Positions 51,053 through 64,000 of a stretch of 64,000 nt of DNA are shown here, piece by piece. This DNA is from Marsupella aquatica (lineage: Eukaryota; Plantae; Marchantiophyta): positions 6,378,136-6,442,135 of the forward strand of contig OZ316895.1 in the NCBI GenBank assembly GCA_973895155.1. Reading direction: 5' to 3'. Made by a program: the position numbers and the translations under genes. Numbering within the stretch: position 1 is the first letter of the stretch; each line of letters starts with the position of its first letter. Under the pieces are notes generated by a model that saw nothing but the letters and a program-made list of their open reading frames with translations, did not search any database and was not told where the DNA came from.

Positions 51053-51552
51053 TAGATGAAAATTTGGCAATGATACATAAAAATATATCTAATTTTTGCC
51101 AAGAGTGGCTAAAAATTTGTGCAAAGATGAGATTTAGCCAAAATTAACAGCATCCGGGCTTGACTAGAACTCATTCATTACAACCCCTGGGTCACACTTT
51201 CAGATGCTCCCACCTTTTTTTAGATTAAAAAGGAAAGCTTGAAAGCTAACCAATGCGAATTGGTATGCTTGGCTTTGCATTAGGTTGAATACTATACAGT
51301 AGAAACAAGTCAATAAAGTTTTAAGTTGGCCAGGGCCGGCCCTGTGGTAGAGCAACTCAATGGGGCATAGCTGATCCCTGGTTAGAGTCCTAGGTGCGTA
51401 GGTTCATTTTCAAGATTCATGTCAGCAATACTGGGGTTCATTCATCACTGAATTACACTTTGAAAAATCCACAGGAGACATAGGAAGGGCAGTGGGCAAG
51501 GAGGCGCAGGCAGCTGCGTAAAGGAGATTATATTTTGTGCTTAAGTAATATT

Positions 51553-51960
51553 TGTAGGTGATGAAACTCATTTATTAAACCCTTGGGTCCCACTCCTACT
51601 GTAGGTGCTCCCCACCCAGTTTTCACTTAGGTGATAAAACTGATTACTAAACCCCTTGGGTCCCACTCCCACATTCGAGGTCTCTCCGAGTTTTCACTTA
51701 GGTGATAAAAGTCATTTACTAAACCTGTGCCCACATTCGAGGTCTCTCCGAGTTTTTACTTAGGTGATAAAAGTCATTTACTAAACCTGTGGGTCCCACT
51801 CCTAGAGTGAATATTCAATGCTCGTCACAGACTTAGGTGAGATAAAACTCCCGGATGATCCCACAGAGTTTCCAATTACATATTATAAAACTGATTTATG
51901 AAACTTTTAGGTCCCACTCTTAGATGCTCCCAGCTCCCATCAAGTTCCACTTGACTGGGT
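51553..51960. repeat. Minisatellite-like array, about 60-75-bp imperfect unit, about 6 copies
   Basis: TTAGGTGATAAAA...TTACTAAACC...GGGTCCCACTC recurs; isolated related units at about 49470 and 51165. Confidence 0.8.
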
Positions 51961-52248
51961 GATTAAAAAAAGCGACTTAAGTGTCAAGTCTGTTGAGTCC
52001 AGGTTTCACTCTTAGATCAACACATCAAAATTTGTCCCTTTTATTTAGGAGATAATATAGTGAGAGCCTCCAATTTTAAAGCAACATAACGGTCATCTAC
52101 ATTTAGGTGATCAAATAGTGACCTCCAATTTTTCTAACCTTGTTGTGCTGAAACATTTTGGCCTAGGAAGGTCCCTTTATAGTGGCTGATGGGCAAGCCG
52201 TCACTGCTGACTCGAACAGGTTGCTCGATTAGATGAGATAAGGCTTGG

Positions 52249-53807
52249 CAATTGGTGACTCATCATCACCAGGTTTGGTGTTTGGATGAGCCTCGCTGGT
52301 GGCAGTTGGCCAGGCAAGAAAGATGTTTGGGGAAAGTAGGGATTGGTAGCGGCTCATTTTGGGGTTCTAGAGTCTTGGAGGTGATTCAGTTTGGATTTTG
52401 TGTTGGCTTTCGTAGTGAGTCGTGGATCATTGAACACCAAGTCTCGTTGGTCCATGTGGTAAGCGTTTTAGATGAAACTTTTATAAAACATATCTTAGAA
52501 CTCGAATTCGTTCCCGTAAGGAATAAAGGAAATCAACTTATGATCGTATTAAGGACTTTGAGATCTTTAGGAGTCTCTTTCCTTACACAACTACTATGTA
52601 TCACTCAAAATATTTATGATCAATCGTTTTAATATGGAAACTCTCAGACTATCGCTCCTTCTCAATAGAAGTTTGATTTTCGTTCCATTCCTAAATTCCT
52701 TATACTCAACAGAGATCGGCTTTACATTAGGAATTTCACTACAATTCTCTAAACTCTAGATTTCAGAACTTTACTCATATTTTTCCATACAAAACCAAAG
52801 AAATGTTTTCTCAAAATGTATTCATTCATTCCAAGGTTTGCAAGAAATGCACGAGGAAATCATGAATAACAGTAGAATTTGGGTGGTGCATTTTCTCATT
52901 TCTACGATTCCTCCTCCTAAGCCCAACCTGGCATGAGGAAAAGACCCATACTAGTCACAAATCGTTTCTAGAGAAAATGACAAGGCAATTTTGCCTGGGA
53001 GTTCAATTATAATACTCCCTCACAAATCAAAGAGATTTGAAAAGGTTACTTAACTACCTAAAAACTAACTATTGATGGAAGATCTGAAAAGGTGAGTAGT
53101 TTGAACTACTTTCCTAAGCTAAGATTCCTAATGATGGCTAAACTAGTTTAACTAAGCTAAATTCTATCTAATGAGCTCAATCTAGGAAAAGGGAAAGAAA
53201 AAATGGTTTAAGAGATGCTGAATCAGAATGCAACTTAAAACGCCTGAGCGATTCTTCCGATATAAAAGCAATTGTCGATTAAAAAGGATCCTTCAATGTA
53301 AAAGCAATTTTAGAGCTTTAACTCCTTCATCTTCTCTAAGTGACTTCATTTTGTCACTTAAAATGCTTCAAAAGTTTTGAAAAATGTAGATTTAATACTC
53401 CTTAGAATACTTCCTCAAAAAAGGCTTTCCACAGTCTAGGCTCGAGTTTCTTGAGTGTTAGGGTGTGACTAGTCGAGTAGCTAGTCAGTTTTGGAAGTTG
53501 AAAGCTAAGGAAGAGAGTTTCAATTGGTGACTCATCATCACCAGGTTTGGTGTTTGGGTGAGCCTCGCTGGTGGCAGCTAGCCAGGCAAGAAAGGTGTTT
53601 GCGGAAAGTAGGGATTGGTAGCGGCTCATTTTGGGGTTCTAGAGTCTTGGAGGTGATTCAGTTTGGATTTTGTGTTGGCTTTCGTAGTGAGTCGTGGATC
53701 ATCGAACACCAAGTCTCGTTGGTCCAGGCTCGAGTTTCTTGAGTGTTAGGGTGTGACTAGTCGAGTAGCTAGTCAGTTTTGGAAGTTGAGAGCTAAGGAA
53801 GAGAGTT
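52249..53807. repeat. 287-bp tandem duplication whose first copy is split by a solo LTR
   Basis: Segment A (52249-52454 matches 53521-53725) and segment B (53439-53520 matches 53726-53807), in the order A-LTR-B-A-B. Confidence 0.9.
52455..53433. mobile_element. Solo LTR, 979 bp, different family
   Basis: Ends TGTGGTAAGC...GCTTTCCACA; TSD GTCCA/GTCTA. The empty site GGTCCAGGCTCGAG is visible in the second duplication copy. Confidence 0.88.
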
Positions 53808-54430
53808 TTTTTGTTGTTTCCGATCAGACTGCCACTTGAGGGGTTGAGCTTGACAAGTATGTTAGAGGTAGCAGCCCGCCGTAGGGTCAGCTACCAGACT
53901 CTTGCAAGTAGACCTACTCAAAGGCATCCATTGTAACCATTGTGAAAAAACTAAAAATGAACGAGTGAGAGAGTTTGCTCCAATAAGTGCTTGTCACCTA
54001 TTCCAGTCGTAGCCATAAACGTGTAATTTACCTGAGGAGCCCCTTCCTACTTGTCCTTGCGACTATGTGCCATATGGTTTGTGTGCAAAGGGCTTTGTTG
54101 AAGCCGGTACATTTATGAAGGTGGCACTTGAATGGGAGTTCACTTGCCCTAATGAAGACTGCTATGCTGAGCTAGGCGCGGGACTAGGTTTGTTGGGATA
54201 ACTACTGTAATTTTGAGGAAACTTTGCACATATGTGGATCTGCGTACCAGACGTATATAGTTAAATGTGAAGACATACCCCCAATGTCTTCATCTTCTAT
54301 GCAAGATAATGAGCAACATTGAAGGGCAAGACCCAAGAGGGGTTCTCAAACCTAAAAATTTGATGGACCTTAACTTTAGTAGTTAAGGTTATGGACAAAA
54401 AATCTATGGAATACCCCAAATCTCCTAGAA

Positions 54431-54777
54431 TGTAGAGCAACAACAACATTCACAATGACATGCTCATGAACATCCAACAAACAAGTAGTCAACATAGAGA
54501 GATATGTGGTTTGCCTTAAATGAGACTACGTCCATAGAACACACAAGAGCTAAGTTATTGCACTCTAGGCCCGTTGGCTATATCGAGTCTTCGTAACACA
54601 AGCTCTCCCTATCTCTCATCTGGCTCCATGATAACAATGAGCTTGAGTTCCTCATCAAAAGCTAAAACATACTTGTGTACATAGTGTGCAACATGACTGA
54701 CCTAACCAACTTTGCAACTAAGATTAGAGTTACTATGGTTGCAATCATAACTCTACCCTAAAATTAAATGCCTAACA
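54431..54777 (-). mobile_element. Older solo LTR of the same copia LTR group
   Basis: TG...TAACA ends, 347 bp, collinear with the 23515 LTR (GAGAGATATGTGGTT, CTACGTCCA, GAACACACAAGAGC, TGCACTCTAGGCC, TAACAATGAGC); TSD TAGAA/CAGAA. Confidence 0.82.
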
Positions 54778-56147
54778 CAGAATGCTGACCAGAGTGCTCT
54801 TGTCTCTGGTTTTGGCAAAAACATTGCAGTTTTCCTCCACAGTTTCTCTTTACAAAAGTCACTCAACAGAATTCCTCTATGAGTCAAGATTTAGCTAATT
54901 TTTGCTAATTAAAAGTCCTTGTACAGCACACCTCTTGTTCCTTCAAGGGGACACCTCAAATGTATACACTATGTGCCACAGACTATTGCATCACTTGTGC
55001 TGACCCTCCTTTGGGGGCTCCACTTATCTGCTACCTTGCTACTCCTATCCAGCTCTGGCAGATAAACAGAGCAGCTAAGTCTATATAATTGATAGATAAT
55101 TCACACAGGAAACTAGATAATAACTGTATACTATCAGGATTAATGCTCTGATGGACCAGTAACTTGAACCTTGCAACCAGAATGGACCAGACCACTTTTG
55201 GTAGAAATCTGTGGATTTTCTCACAAAGATACTGTACAGTATTATGTGATGGTAATACTCTGGATAGTAGGTGCAGTCCACCCTGCCAAGTTGCATTGCA
55301 CTCCATCTGGGCATTTTGTCCATCATTCAGGTCCATGGGGCCTTGCTTCAATACTCCGTCCCTCTTGTGGATCTTTTGGGTCATCCCCCCTCCTATATAA
55401 CAACGTAACCCACATTGTCCTGAAGTGGTAGACTCATCCAGCAAAGTGAAGTTGCAGTGTAGGAGCATTCCAATCAACAAAATTTGTTAAAAGGGGCCTA
55501 GGGGGCAGTTTACATAAACCCAGCCTTCCAAAACCAGAGGCCAGGACATCCAAATCCAAAAGAGTCGCCCCATGTATCACTTAGTTATAGAATTCAAACC
55601 AAAAATTATAACAGGTGACACCTACCCCCTACAATTGCCAATGTCCCCAAACAAAGCCTGGTGTATCCAGGTTAGCAATATAAGTCAATAATGTACTTAA
55701 GAAAGTAAAAAAATGCACTATTTTGTCCTCCTGAACCTGGTGGACAGTGGCAATTTAAACTACCATTCCCCCCAAAGCTGTGAGATTGCAAACTAGTCAC
55801 TTGTTGCCCACATTTTATTTATTGTTAAGAACACCATTGACTAATAATGCTGTCCTGGATCCACAAGGTTTAATTTGTTTTGGGGATAATGGGGGTTTAA
55901 ACTGCCACCTAGGTGAATAATAGACCTGACCTGAAGGCTAACCGGCTCACTTCCCATCATAGGACCCTCCTACCCTAAAAACAGTACAACAGTGATTTTA
56001 AAGAGAAACTAACTACTTTTTGATGCGGTTTTTTGTGACCTGTGGATGGCCGCTTATGGTGATTGCATGAGATGACAACTATTCCCATTATTGGATACTC
56101 AATTGTACTACATGTGAAAGGAATACTAGAAGTAGCAAGTGTACATA

Positions 56148-56365
56148 TGGAGTAAATTGTGGTTTACAACTAGGATGTCCTCTTAGAAAACCACCTTTGA
56201 GGGTATCTGCAAACCAGAACCGAGTGACCATTCCACATCCTTATGATTGCTTTCTTGGCTTATAGAGTAAAGTGTGGTTTACAACTAGGATATCCTCTTA
56301 GAAAACCACCTCTCGAGGATATCTAAAGCACAACCGAGTGGCCTCCACATGTTTTGGATTGCTTT
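56148..56365. repeat. Tandem duplication, about 115-bp period
   Basis: GAGTAAA.TGTGGTTTACAACTAGGAT.TCCTCTTAGAAAACCACCT x2. Confidence 0.85.
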
Positions 56366-56519
56366 GGGCCCCACTTGGCATCCATGGAGGATTGGGAGTT
56401 TCAAAACCACATTGTGCTGCTGAGTTGGGTTTTTGTAAAGTCACACTAAGTAACCACTAAAATAGTGTAGTTTAATCTAAAAGATCCTTTGACTAGTAAA
56501 GACAAATACAGATCCAGTA

Positions 56520-56721
56520 GGGGGTCTCAAAAACTCAAAATTTGATGAACCTCAAACTTAGCAGTTGAGGTTATTGACAAATAAAGTTAGACTGCCAAAC
56601 TCATATACCATGACCATAAGTCACTCTAGAGGCTAGTGAAAAGAAAAACCAATTCTGTTTCTTCAAAACCCTTTGAAAAGGCTATGCACAAAAAACCATC
56701 ATCCGCAACTCTGAGACCCCC
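56520..56721. mobile_element. MITE family B (about 200 bp), with partial relatives at about 54340-54425 and 60619-60860
   Basis: Termini GGGGGTCTCA / TGAGACCCCC flanked by TA. The shared CTCAAA..TCAAAATTTGAT..ACCT.AAC.TTAG.AGT motif is in all three copies. Confidence 0.7.
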
Positions 56722-57782
56722 TAGTGTAACAAAGTGAACCTGAATTGCGTATACCCTTGTCTGGAGCTAAAAGTTCTCATACTGTATCATACTCAAGATG
56801 CACTTTCGATACGCTACATAGCTACATATGTCTCCTGTGCTTCTTTCATCCGTGGTATGTAATAAAATATCTATTTTTTCAAAATCATGCGAAAGTTCAC
56901 GACTCCTCTTTGTAATTCTTTGTACTGGCATAGTTACTCCGACCCAGTATAAAATCTTTGGATGATTCTAAGACTGATACTCGAACCTGATTGAGGGCGA
57001 TCCGAGATCAGTCTTAGAATCATCGGAAGATTGGATACTGGGTCAGAGCAAACTGAAGCCGAACTATCCCTACTTCAACCTGCTGTAAGCGTGAACAGAA
57101 GAAGATGTGGTGCTTTACCAAATGAAGCTTTCAGCAATTCTGTTCAAAGAATAATTTCCTTGAGTGGTGGAGAGGATTCTACGAAATATCTGAAAGCTCT
57201 TCTTGAGGGCCCCAATTTTAGTAATCTCGGTGGTGGGGAATCCACCATAAACCCTCAACCCTGAACAATTAACATTGTCCCGGCCACAGGATTTTCGATT
57301 GTTCAGCATCGGCGTCGATCACCTGTGAAACTCCTTGCTGGACGGTGATCCAGGAGCACTTACAGCACTGCTGCACGAGAGGCACTTCCTCTTTTTTGAG
57401 GTCCACCGCTTGTTGATAGACAAGTGGCCCCCGGACTGGTCATGATTGCAATCTTTAGAGAGATTTCGGTTTTGATGATCCACGCCTGCAGCTTGAGATT
57501 GTTCCATAAAAGTGCTTCTCAAGCTTCCGACGACGACCTGCTTCCAAATTCAAAGCAGCTCACAAGAATCTCAACATGATCCTCGACCGGTATGGATTAC
57601 GTCCCCAATGGAAATGAATTAGAGATTTCGTGTGCCATCGCATTGGCTATTTAAGAACTACAATTCACTCTGAACCGCACAGAATTTCACAATCGTGACC
57701 TGGATTTCGACCTGAAATTTTGACGCCTTCGATTTCATTACCTTCATTTCAGAAAGAACTCCACAATTTCAGATGGCAGATC

Positions 57783-59069
57783 TCAACTTTTGAGTGGACC
57801 GCGATTGAGAGAAGAAAGAAAACTCACGTTAGGTTTCAATTTTTTGTCCTGTATGCCCTTGACATTGCCCTTTTTCGCCTTCTGTCTCTGTAACAATTTT
57901 TGCTCGAATTCATGATGCAACGAAGGGCCCCACTTGAGCAGCGACGGACCCCAGCTCATAAACTTCACAGCAAAAAACATGCAGTCTTCTTTCCAATCGT
58001 TCAACTCCGTCTCGCGTTGCTGCAACTTTCTCCTCAGATTCGTGTTCTCGTCTCGAAGATTCTGCCTGTCCCACTCCATCTCGTCAAGCTTCAACGAATT
58101 CTCCTGCTCTGCTTCCTCCAGTGTCCTACATTCCCCTTTATATCGATGGACTTCGCCTTCCATCAGATTGCAAGAATATCCTCTCGCCTCAGCCGTGCTG
58201 CAAACTGGGGTTTGTCGATGGAGCTGCTGCCTCAAATTGGCTATTGTAGTTTGCAACAAGCGTGTGGAAGTATGGCCCTGTCCATGAAAATAACCGAGTT
58301 AGTTACAGAATTGTCAATGAGGGATCGCCTTTCTCGGTAGACATCTTTCTTGTGTCTTTCTTGGAGAACTCAGTCATGAGGTTTTCAATCATCATGTACG
58401 TTGTTTACTATCTTTGTCACTTAGTTCAAAGTCGAACAGGAAAGCACTCTTTGCTAGCTTTTATGAAAGAGTGCAATAGTATACAAACATGAAGGAATGT
58501 ACCCTTCGCTTTCATGAAAGAGCGCAAAGCTAATTAAGAGTGCGATACAGACACCAAAGGGCAAATCTCAAGTGTAATTTGAGGGAAAGATTTCTGTAGA
58601 TAGTAGCACTGTAGTCAGCGTGAAAACCTATCAAACAGCTCGTCGAAAGTCAGAGAGAAGAAGATAGTAAAATCCTAAAGAGTACCAAAGTAGCAAACAC
58701 TGCAATAAGCTGTCTAAATCAAAAATCACTTTACGAAAGGTTGTTAAGAACGACTTATCCGTAAGCAGAATATCCTGCACAGTTCCAGTTTTTATTTACT
58801 ACGTTGATTGTTCAGAGACATCTTAGAGTTAGCGCGACTGAGGATATTTAATGAAACTTGAAGAACTTAGAATGAAGCATCGATACGTTCGATACATTTG
58901 TAGGCTTCCAAATGAATCCACTTACACACACTGAATTTGGCGGACTCACTTGCTCAATGGCGTGATGCAGTCCATCTGCCAATGCAGTTAAGGGTCCCGA
59001 ACGTTGGCGGTGCTGACTAGAAAGGCCGTCCATCTTGTTGTAGGGCAGTGTCATCGTCGTCGTCGTCAT
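57783..59069 (-). CDS. Putative orphan coiled-coil protein, 2-exon model of about 204 aa
   Basis: Exon 59069-58950 (ATG to CAA|GTGAGT) and exon 58277-57783 (GACAG|GGC) join in phase 0. Heptad-like region LEEAEQENSLKLDEMEWDRQNLRDENTNLRRKLQQRETELNDWKE. No family recognised. Confidence 0.4.
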
Positions 59070-61149
59070 CGGACGCGTTTTCCAGGCATGGCAATCGTCT
59101 ATAATTAATCTTGCAATTAACCATTCCCCTCACTGTCTATCATCATCAACTCCCTCTATTCTTACAACATTCTCAGTTAAATTTCCATCCCATCAACTTC
59201 AGCTCATCCTCCAGTCTGTTCATCTCGATCCAGCGTGAACAACAATCCTGATCTTCCCAATCTTGATCTCCTAGTTGCAGATCATTCCTTGAATTTTCTT
59301 GCATATAAACCACTTTCATGACCCCTCCTCAGTGTTAGACATCATCAGCTTCCGCTCGTCCTATGTCATCTGAGTGGGCTACCGCTCGCCTCAGGCATCG
59401 ATCTCCACAAAATCTAGATCTAGTACCGTATTTGACGCGCGTTTGATCCCCAATCGGCTCATGTAACGTACCCAAAATAATCTGATTCTTGAGGCTAGTA
59501 TCCCCTAAGGCGCGCAAATCAGGGTACTGAGCGTTCAGCGAAAGCACGACAAACCGAAACACGTTCATGAACATTCAAAATACTACGACGTTTAGTCGAA
59601 ATCAATAATGCGCATATTCCTGCAGTATCATCCTCGAACATGCAGACAATCTTGATTTAAGTGCAGAATCTGATCCAATGATGGACTCAAGGCAATTCAA
59701 GAAAGCATGAGATGAGTTCTAAAATTAAGCTCAGATATATATTCTGAGCTCTGTTGTTCATCCCATGCCATCACTGACAAGAACCAGCAATCTAGCATCA
59801 AGTAGTACGTGTTCGATGCGGTTTTCTCGCTACCATTCAGATGCGTTGTCACACTGACATGAGAGAGAATTTGTTCCCTCTTGGGTCAGTGCTCGAACAT
59901 CCTTCAGTTATGGCGCGGCATAGCCTTCGTGATCCGAGGGTCACTTCGAGACAGCTACAGCAGACGAATGATCCCAAAATGTACGTGTATACATGACAGT
60001 CTTCTTTATAAATTTGTTGACAGTGAAGGGCAACTGAAGAATATATATGTCAGCCTCCATGATTGATTGTCTCGCTTGACAAAGCATGCCATGCGCCCGC
60101 TGGTAGCAGAAGCATCAATTCAATCACGACAATTTTGGGGGCTGGAAGTGTTTTACCACTTCTTCAATAGACTCACTCCCAAATCATTTATTATGGAAAA
60201 CTTAACTTAGTGGTAATGATCCAAAAGAAATCCCCGTTCGAGTTGCACATTTGATCTGTGAGTCACTCTACAATAGAGTTAGCTGAATTGATGGAAGGCG
60301 AGTGAGTAGTGGGTCAGTTTGACTTGGGTTCAGGGTGAGTTAAGGTTTCAAAGCCAATGTCAACTCCTTTGCATTTGAAGAGGGGTTGAAATTAACTGTG
60401 TTTTGCACGCTGCAACGAAGACTTTATCAAGGACGTTATGCAAGAAAGAGTATACTTGATGCCCTTTGTGATCCCAACCCGAGTTTTCGTGTCTTTTTTG
60501 GGGTTAACTGACAACACCACTATAAGTCTCACACTCAACATTGGTGTGTGGGGTTCCATGTGGCCATTGTGGCTGGTCTGGCACTCCCATCCCTTTTGAC
60601 CAGACTAGGCAATTAATAAGGGGTCTCAAATCTCAAAATTTGATTACCTTAACTTAGTAGTCAAAGTTAACACCAGAAAGAGTTATGGCCTACCAAATTC
60701 ATGATTCATAACTTTTTGCTTTAAGGATGGGTCATATGTTATGTCATCACCACAAGTGGCTTTAGAGGGTAGAGAAAATAAATTAACTGTTTTCTACACA
60801 ACCCTGTGAAAAAGCTATGGCCATAAATTGGTTCTGGCCAAAAGCCATCATCAGTAACTATGACACTTTGAAGTAACTATGACAATTATGACATTTTGAA
60901 GTAACCATGACGCTTTGAGGCACCTGAGAGTCCATTCTGGATAGTTTCCATCGATGTGAAACTGTAGAGTGTGAGAAACAGGCCCTTTTAAAATTGGCAC
61001 ATTCCTAAAATTGGCATGTTCCTACGCACATGTGTCCATTTTGGCACAGTCAATTGGTATTAGGGTAGACATACGGGTGGCAGCGGCCAAGTTTACCAAA
61101 AATCCTTTAGGCAAGTTAACGCAAATGGATTGCCAATCATTCTCTAACA

Positions 61150-61240
61150 AAGGAAGCTAAGGCATGGAAGTTAGTATTTTAAGAAGTTGGTCTGCCAAGG
61201 AAGCTAAGGCATGGAGGTTAGTATGTTAAGAAGTTGGTCC
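61150..61240. repeat. Tandem duplication, about 47-bp period
   Basis: AAGGAAGCTAAGGCATGGA.GTTAGTAT.TTAAGAAGTTGGTC x2. Confidence 0.85.
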
Positions 61241-61558
61241 TAAGTGAGACCCCATAACCTAGAAATGAGCACCAAGTAAGCCAGATCGCTAAGGAAAGTT
61301 GGAAAGTACATTTGGGATCTCATGTAGCCCGTTCAAGTCGAGAGTAACTTTGGCATCGTGAATAGACTCGGGCGCCCTGTCATGCATGGACTGATCGGCC
61401 GTGGCAGTGACAGAGGAAATCTTCAGCTTTTTTGAAAGATGTGGCGACCGAGAATTGAGTAAGACAAGACCTGATAACAGAGGAGCTGCTCAGGAAAGCA
61501 CTCTGGATGGATGGGGGCCGCTCAACTCCAGAATGGATGAAGGCAGGGCTCAATATGA

Positions 61559-62360
61559 GTGCTCCAGGCAGATTCCAATCTCGTGCGAATCATGGCAGCA
61601 GAGATTTGGTCTCCAGACACTGCACAAGGGAACTTATCTACGCACATGCATAGCGCTGGTACGAAGAGTGAAGCAATTGCTGTTTTGCAGAATCGTCTCC
61701 AACGAGGCATTACCACAGACTCGAACACTTACGTTAACGTTCTGCGAATGTGCTTGAAACAGGACGACCCTTTATCGGCCAAGCAGGTTCACGACTGCAT
61801 CATCCAAAGTGGGAAGGATAAGAATACGTATGTGGCGAACAACCTCCTGAATGTGTATATCAGGTGCCGGGGGGCTTCTGGATGCCCGGCGAGTTTTTAT
61901 AAACTTAACAAATAGAGTGTTGTTACTTGGAACACTATGATTGTAGGATATGCGAGGAGTGATGATACTGAATCCGCACCGGAACTTTTCAAATTAATGC
62001 GCCAGGACGGTGCGCGACCTACTCGCCTATCTGTGCATTTTGAAGGCTTGTGCCAGCCCATTAGCTCTCGTGGGGAAAACAAGTTCACGAGTTTATTCGA
62101 CATGCCGGTTTTGAATCAGATATGCGTGGATCTGCCCTCCTTCATATGTATGCAAAGTGTGGGTGCATCACGGAGGCAAGGCGAATTTTGGAAAACTTGA
62201 GTAATCGAAAATATAGTCATATGTACCATAATGATTGGAGCATATGCAGAACGTGGTGATGGTGTGAAAGCATATCGACTGTTTCTTGAAATGAAATGGC
62301 AAGGCTTCGAACCAGATGCATTCACGTATGCGAGTCTTCTGAATGCATCTGCAAACTCCC
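61559..62360 (+). pseudogene. PLS-class PPR pseudogene (RNA-editing-factor type), truncated
   Basis: L/S/P motifs spread across frames: TYVNVLRMCLKQ..AKQVHDCII, VANNLLNVYIRC, SVVTWNTMIVGYA, YLCILKACASP, ALLHMYAKCG, MIGAYAERG, FTYASLLNA. Several frameshifts, one TAG, and no E/DYW domain seen. Confidence 0.9.
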
Positions 62361-64000
62361 CCTTTATTCCCGATGCTATCTGGCCGCCGTTTCAGGGCCC
62401 TAAACAGCCGGAAAGAAGCTGGGTGTGAGATAATCTTTAACTGGTCATAAGCACTGCAAAGGGCATCAACAGGTGGGGGCAGATCCGGCTGAAGGTAGGC
62501 TGCTGCCACTTCATTCGCAGTAAGTTGCTATTCGAAATGCATTGACCCTTTCGTCGTTGTAGTTCAACTCTCCTCTAGAACAAGGAGTTTTTCTGAAATT
62601 TCTCCGAACAGCTATTCCCTACTGTAGGACTTTCGCATTAAAAATTTATTTGCACGGGTTGCCATGGGGATACTTTACATGTTGGCTCAGCCTAGTCTTG
62701 AGGCAATTGACGAGTCGTGGAATCTTAGTTTGATTTTGAATTAATGAGTGACGACGAGCATTGTGGCTATTGAGAAACCTCAGGACTTCATCGTGCAGTC
62801 AGATCTGTTTAGGGTAAGTATACAACGGAGGCAATGAGTCCCGAGCCGAAACGCAGTTGGGATTAATGAGGAATAACTCAGCTCGGCTCACCTGAAGTAC
62901 TGTAGCTAGCTCGATCAGTCTAGCTGAATTTCAAGTGACAGATTCAGGTTTGTGCAAGCAATTCTTCCTCCTCCTAGCAACCACAGCCACCGCAATCACC
63001 GTCGTAGAGCAGTAGCAGCGTGGCGGAAACGAGGCGGACAAAGGAGAAGATATCTTACTTATAAAGCGCCAAGGCCAAGTTAGAGTCACCTCTAGACCTT
63101 GACTCGAATTTTTTTTTAGACCTTGACTCTAGTGCCCCACCAAACTTACAATAGGTCTTGTTGGTTCAAAGTGCGCAATGTCACCGTGCCTTATCAACTT
63201 TGATCTCATGAATTAGATGACATGCATCTTTTATTGTGACTGTAATGCATTGTCATCCACACTCCTCTAGTCCTCTTTGTTACCTACATCGATTAAATGT
63301 GTCAATCAATTTGATGGCTAGCAACTAGAGTTAGCAATCGTTAGTCTTTAAGAAAATCAATTAAATATAAAGAAATGACTTCTTATAAAATCTAAAAGTA
63401 GATAAACTGGTAAAATGGCTTACTTTTGTCCCCTCTGCATGTTTAATAATTTTCTTAAGTTTTTACCATTCTTGGGTCTAACCATTTTTGCAAGTGTGGC
63501 GATAAACACAAATGGTTGTGTTTGTTTGTTGTGGAAAACATAGCACTTTGTGTTTGTAGCAACATCCATTGACATGGCACACCTCTAAGCCAGGAATTTG
63601 GGCATGAGCTTAACATTTGCTGATTTGTCAAGTACAATGCTGATCATATGACCGGTTTTATGAATTTTTCTGAATAGCTTTCAATTGAATCTAATGTTGA
63701 TACATTTCGTGAAATACCGAGGAGATCATGAGTTTTTGGGTTTGTAGCTTTCCATTTAGTCTAACACTGGCAGATTTGTTCAAGTTCTAACAAGATCATG
63801 AATTTATGATGATTGATCATGAAGTTTTAAGGAGATAGAGTATTTCATGTTACATAGTGGAGCCAAAGCTGTTCTAACTATACAATTCTATCAATGGTGC
63901 TATTTAAAAAAAATACAAACATTTTGATATAAATTACTAATATATTATTGACAAGACATCCAACCAGTTATTTAGTTTTACCATATTGTCTGTTATTTAA

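Noticed and set aside
51553-51960. CRISPR-like repeat/spacer appearance
   Set aside because: Units are imperfect and variable in length, the intervening sequences are themselves repeated, there are no cas genes, and the context is eukaryotic.
52252-53742. Duplicated ORFs MVTHHHQVWCL...
   Set aside because: A by-product of the 287-bp duplication; non-ATG start, and the first runs into a solo LTR.
55030-55480. Possible LINE or transposase relic
   Set aside because: Looks coding-like but has no diagnostic RT, endonuclease or DDE motif that I could identify.

Overview
Eukaryotic, non-seed land-plant nuclear DNA, most likely a bryophyte (inferred from a Physcomitrium-like PLS-PPR relic and the gene set). 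Supported genes: an intronless UBC4/5/6 (UBE2H-type) E2; a 12-exon plastid rhodanese-domain gene of the At3g59780/CAS-related type with one GC-AG intron; a 3-exon thioredoxin-like 3-3 (WCHAC); an 8-exon SLC25A38/Hem25-like mitochondrial carrier; an intronless vacuolar sorting receptor; a tentative 2-exon coiled-coil orphan; and a frameshifted PLS-PPR pseudogene. Much of the rest is transposon-derived. It holds a young full-length Ty1/copia (344-bp LTRs with 3 differences, AGGTA TSD), related solo LTRs, a Bianca-type non-autonomous element with a half-tRNA-Ile primer site, an older copia gag fragment, an 8-bp-TSD MITE family (one copy nested in another), a TA-flanked MITE carrying a tRNA-like Pol III promoter, and relics of Mutator-like and pogo-like transposases. 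I found no CRISPR array, rRNA, intact tRNA or multi-gene novel system. The best leads are the SLC25A38-like carrier in a lineage without ALA synthase, the two retrogene-like genes, the in-frame stop at the copia gag/pol junction, and the tRNA-like MITE. All calls are by eye; no searches were run.
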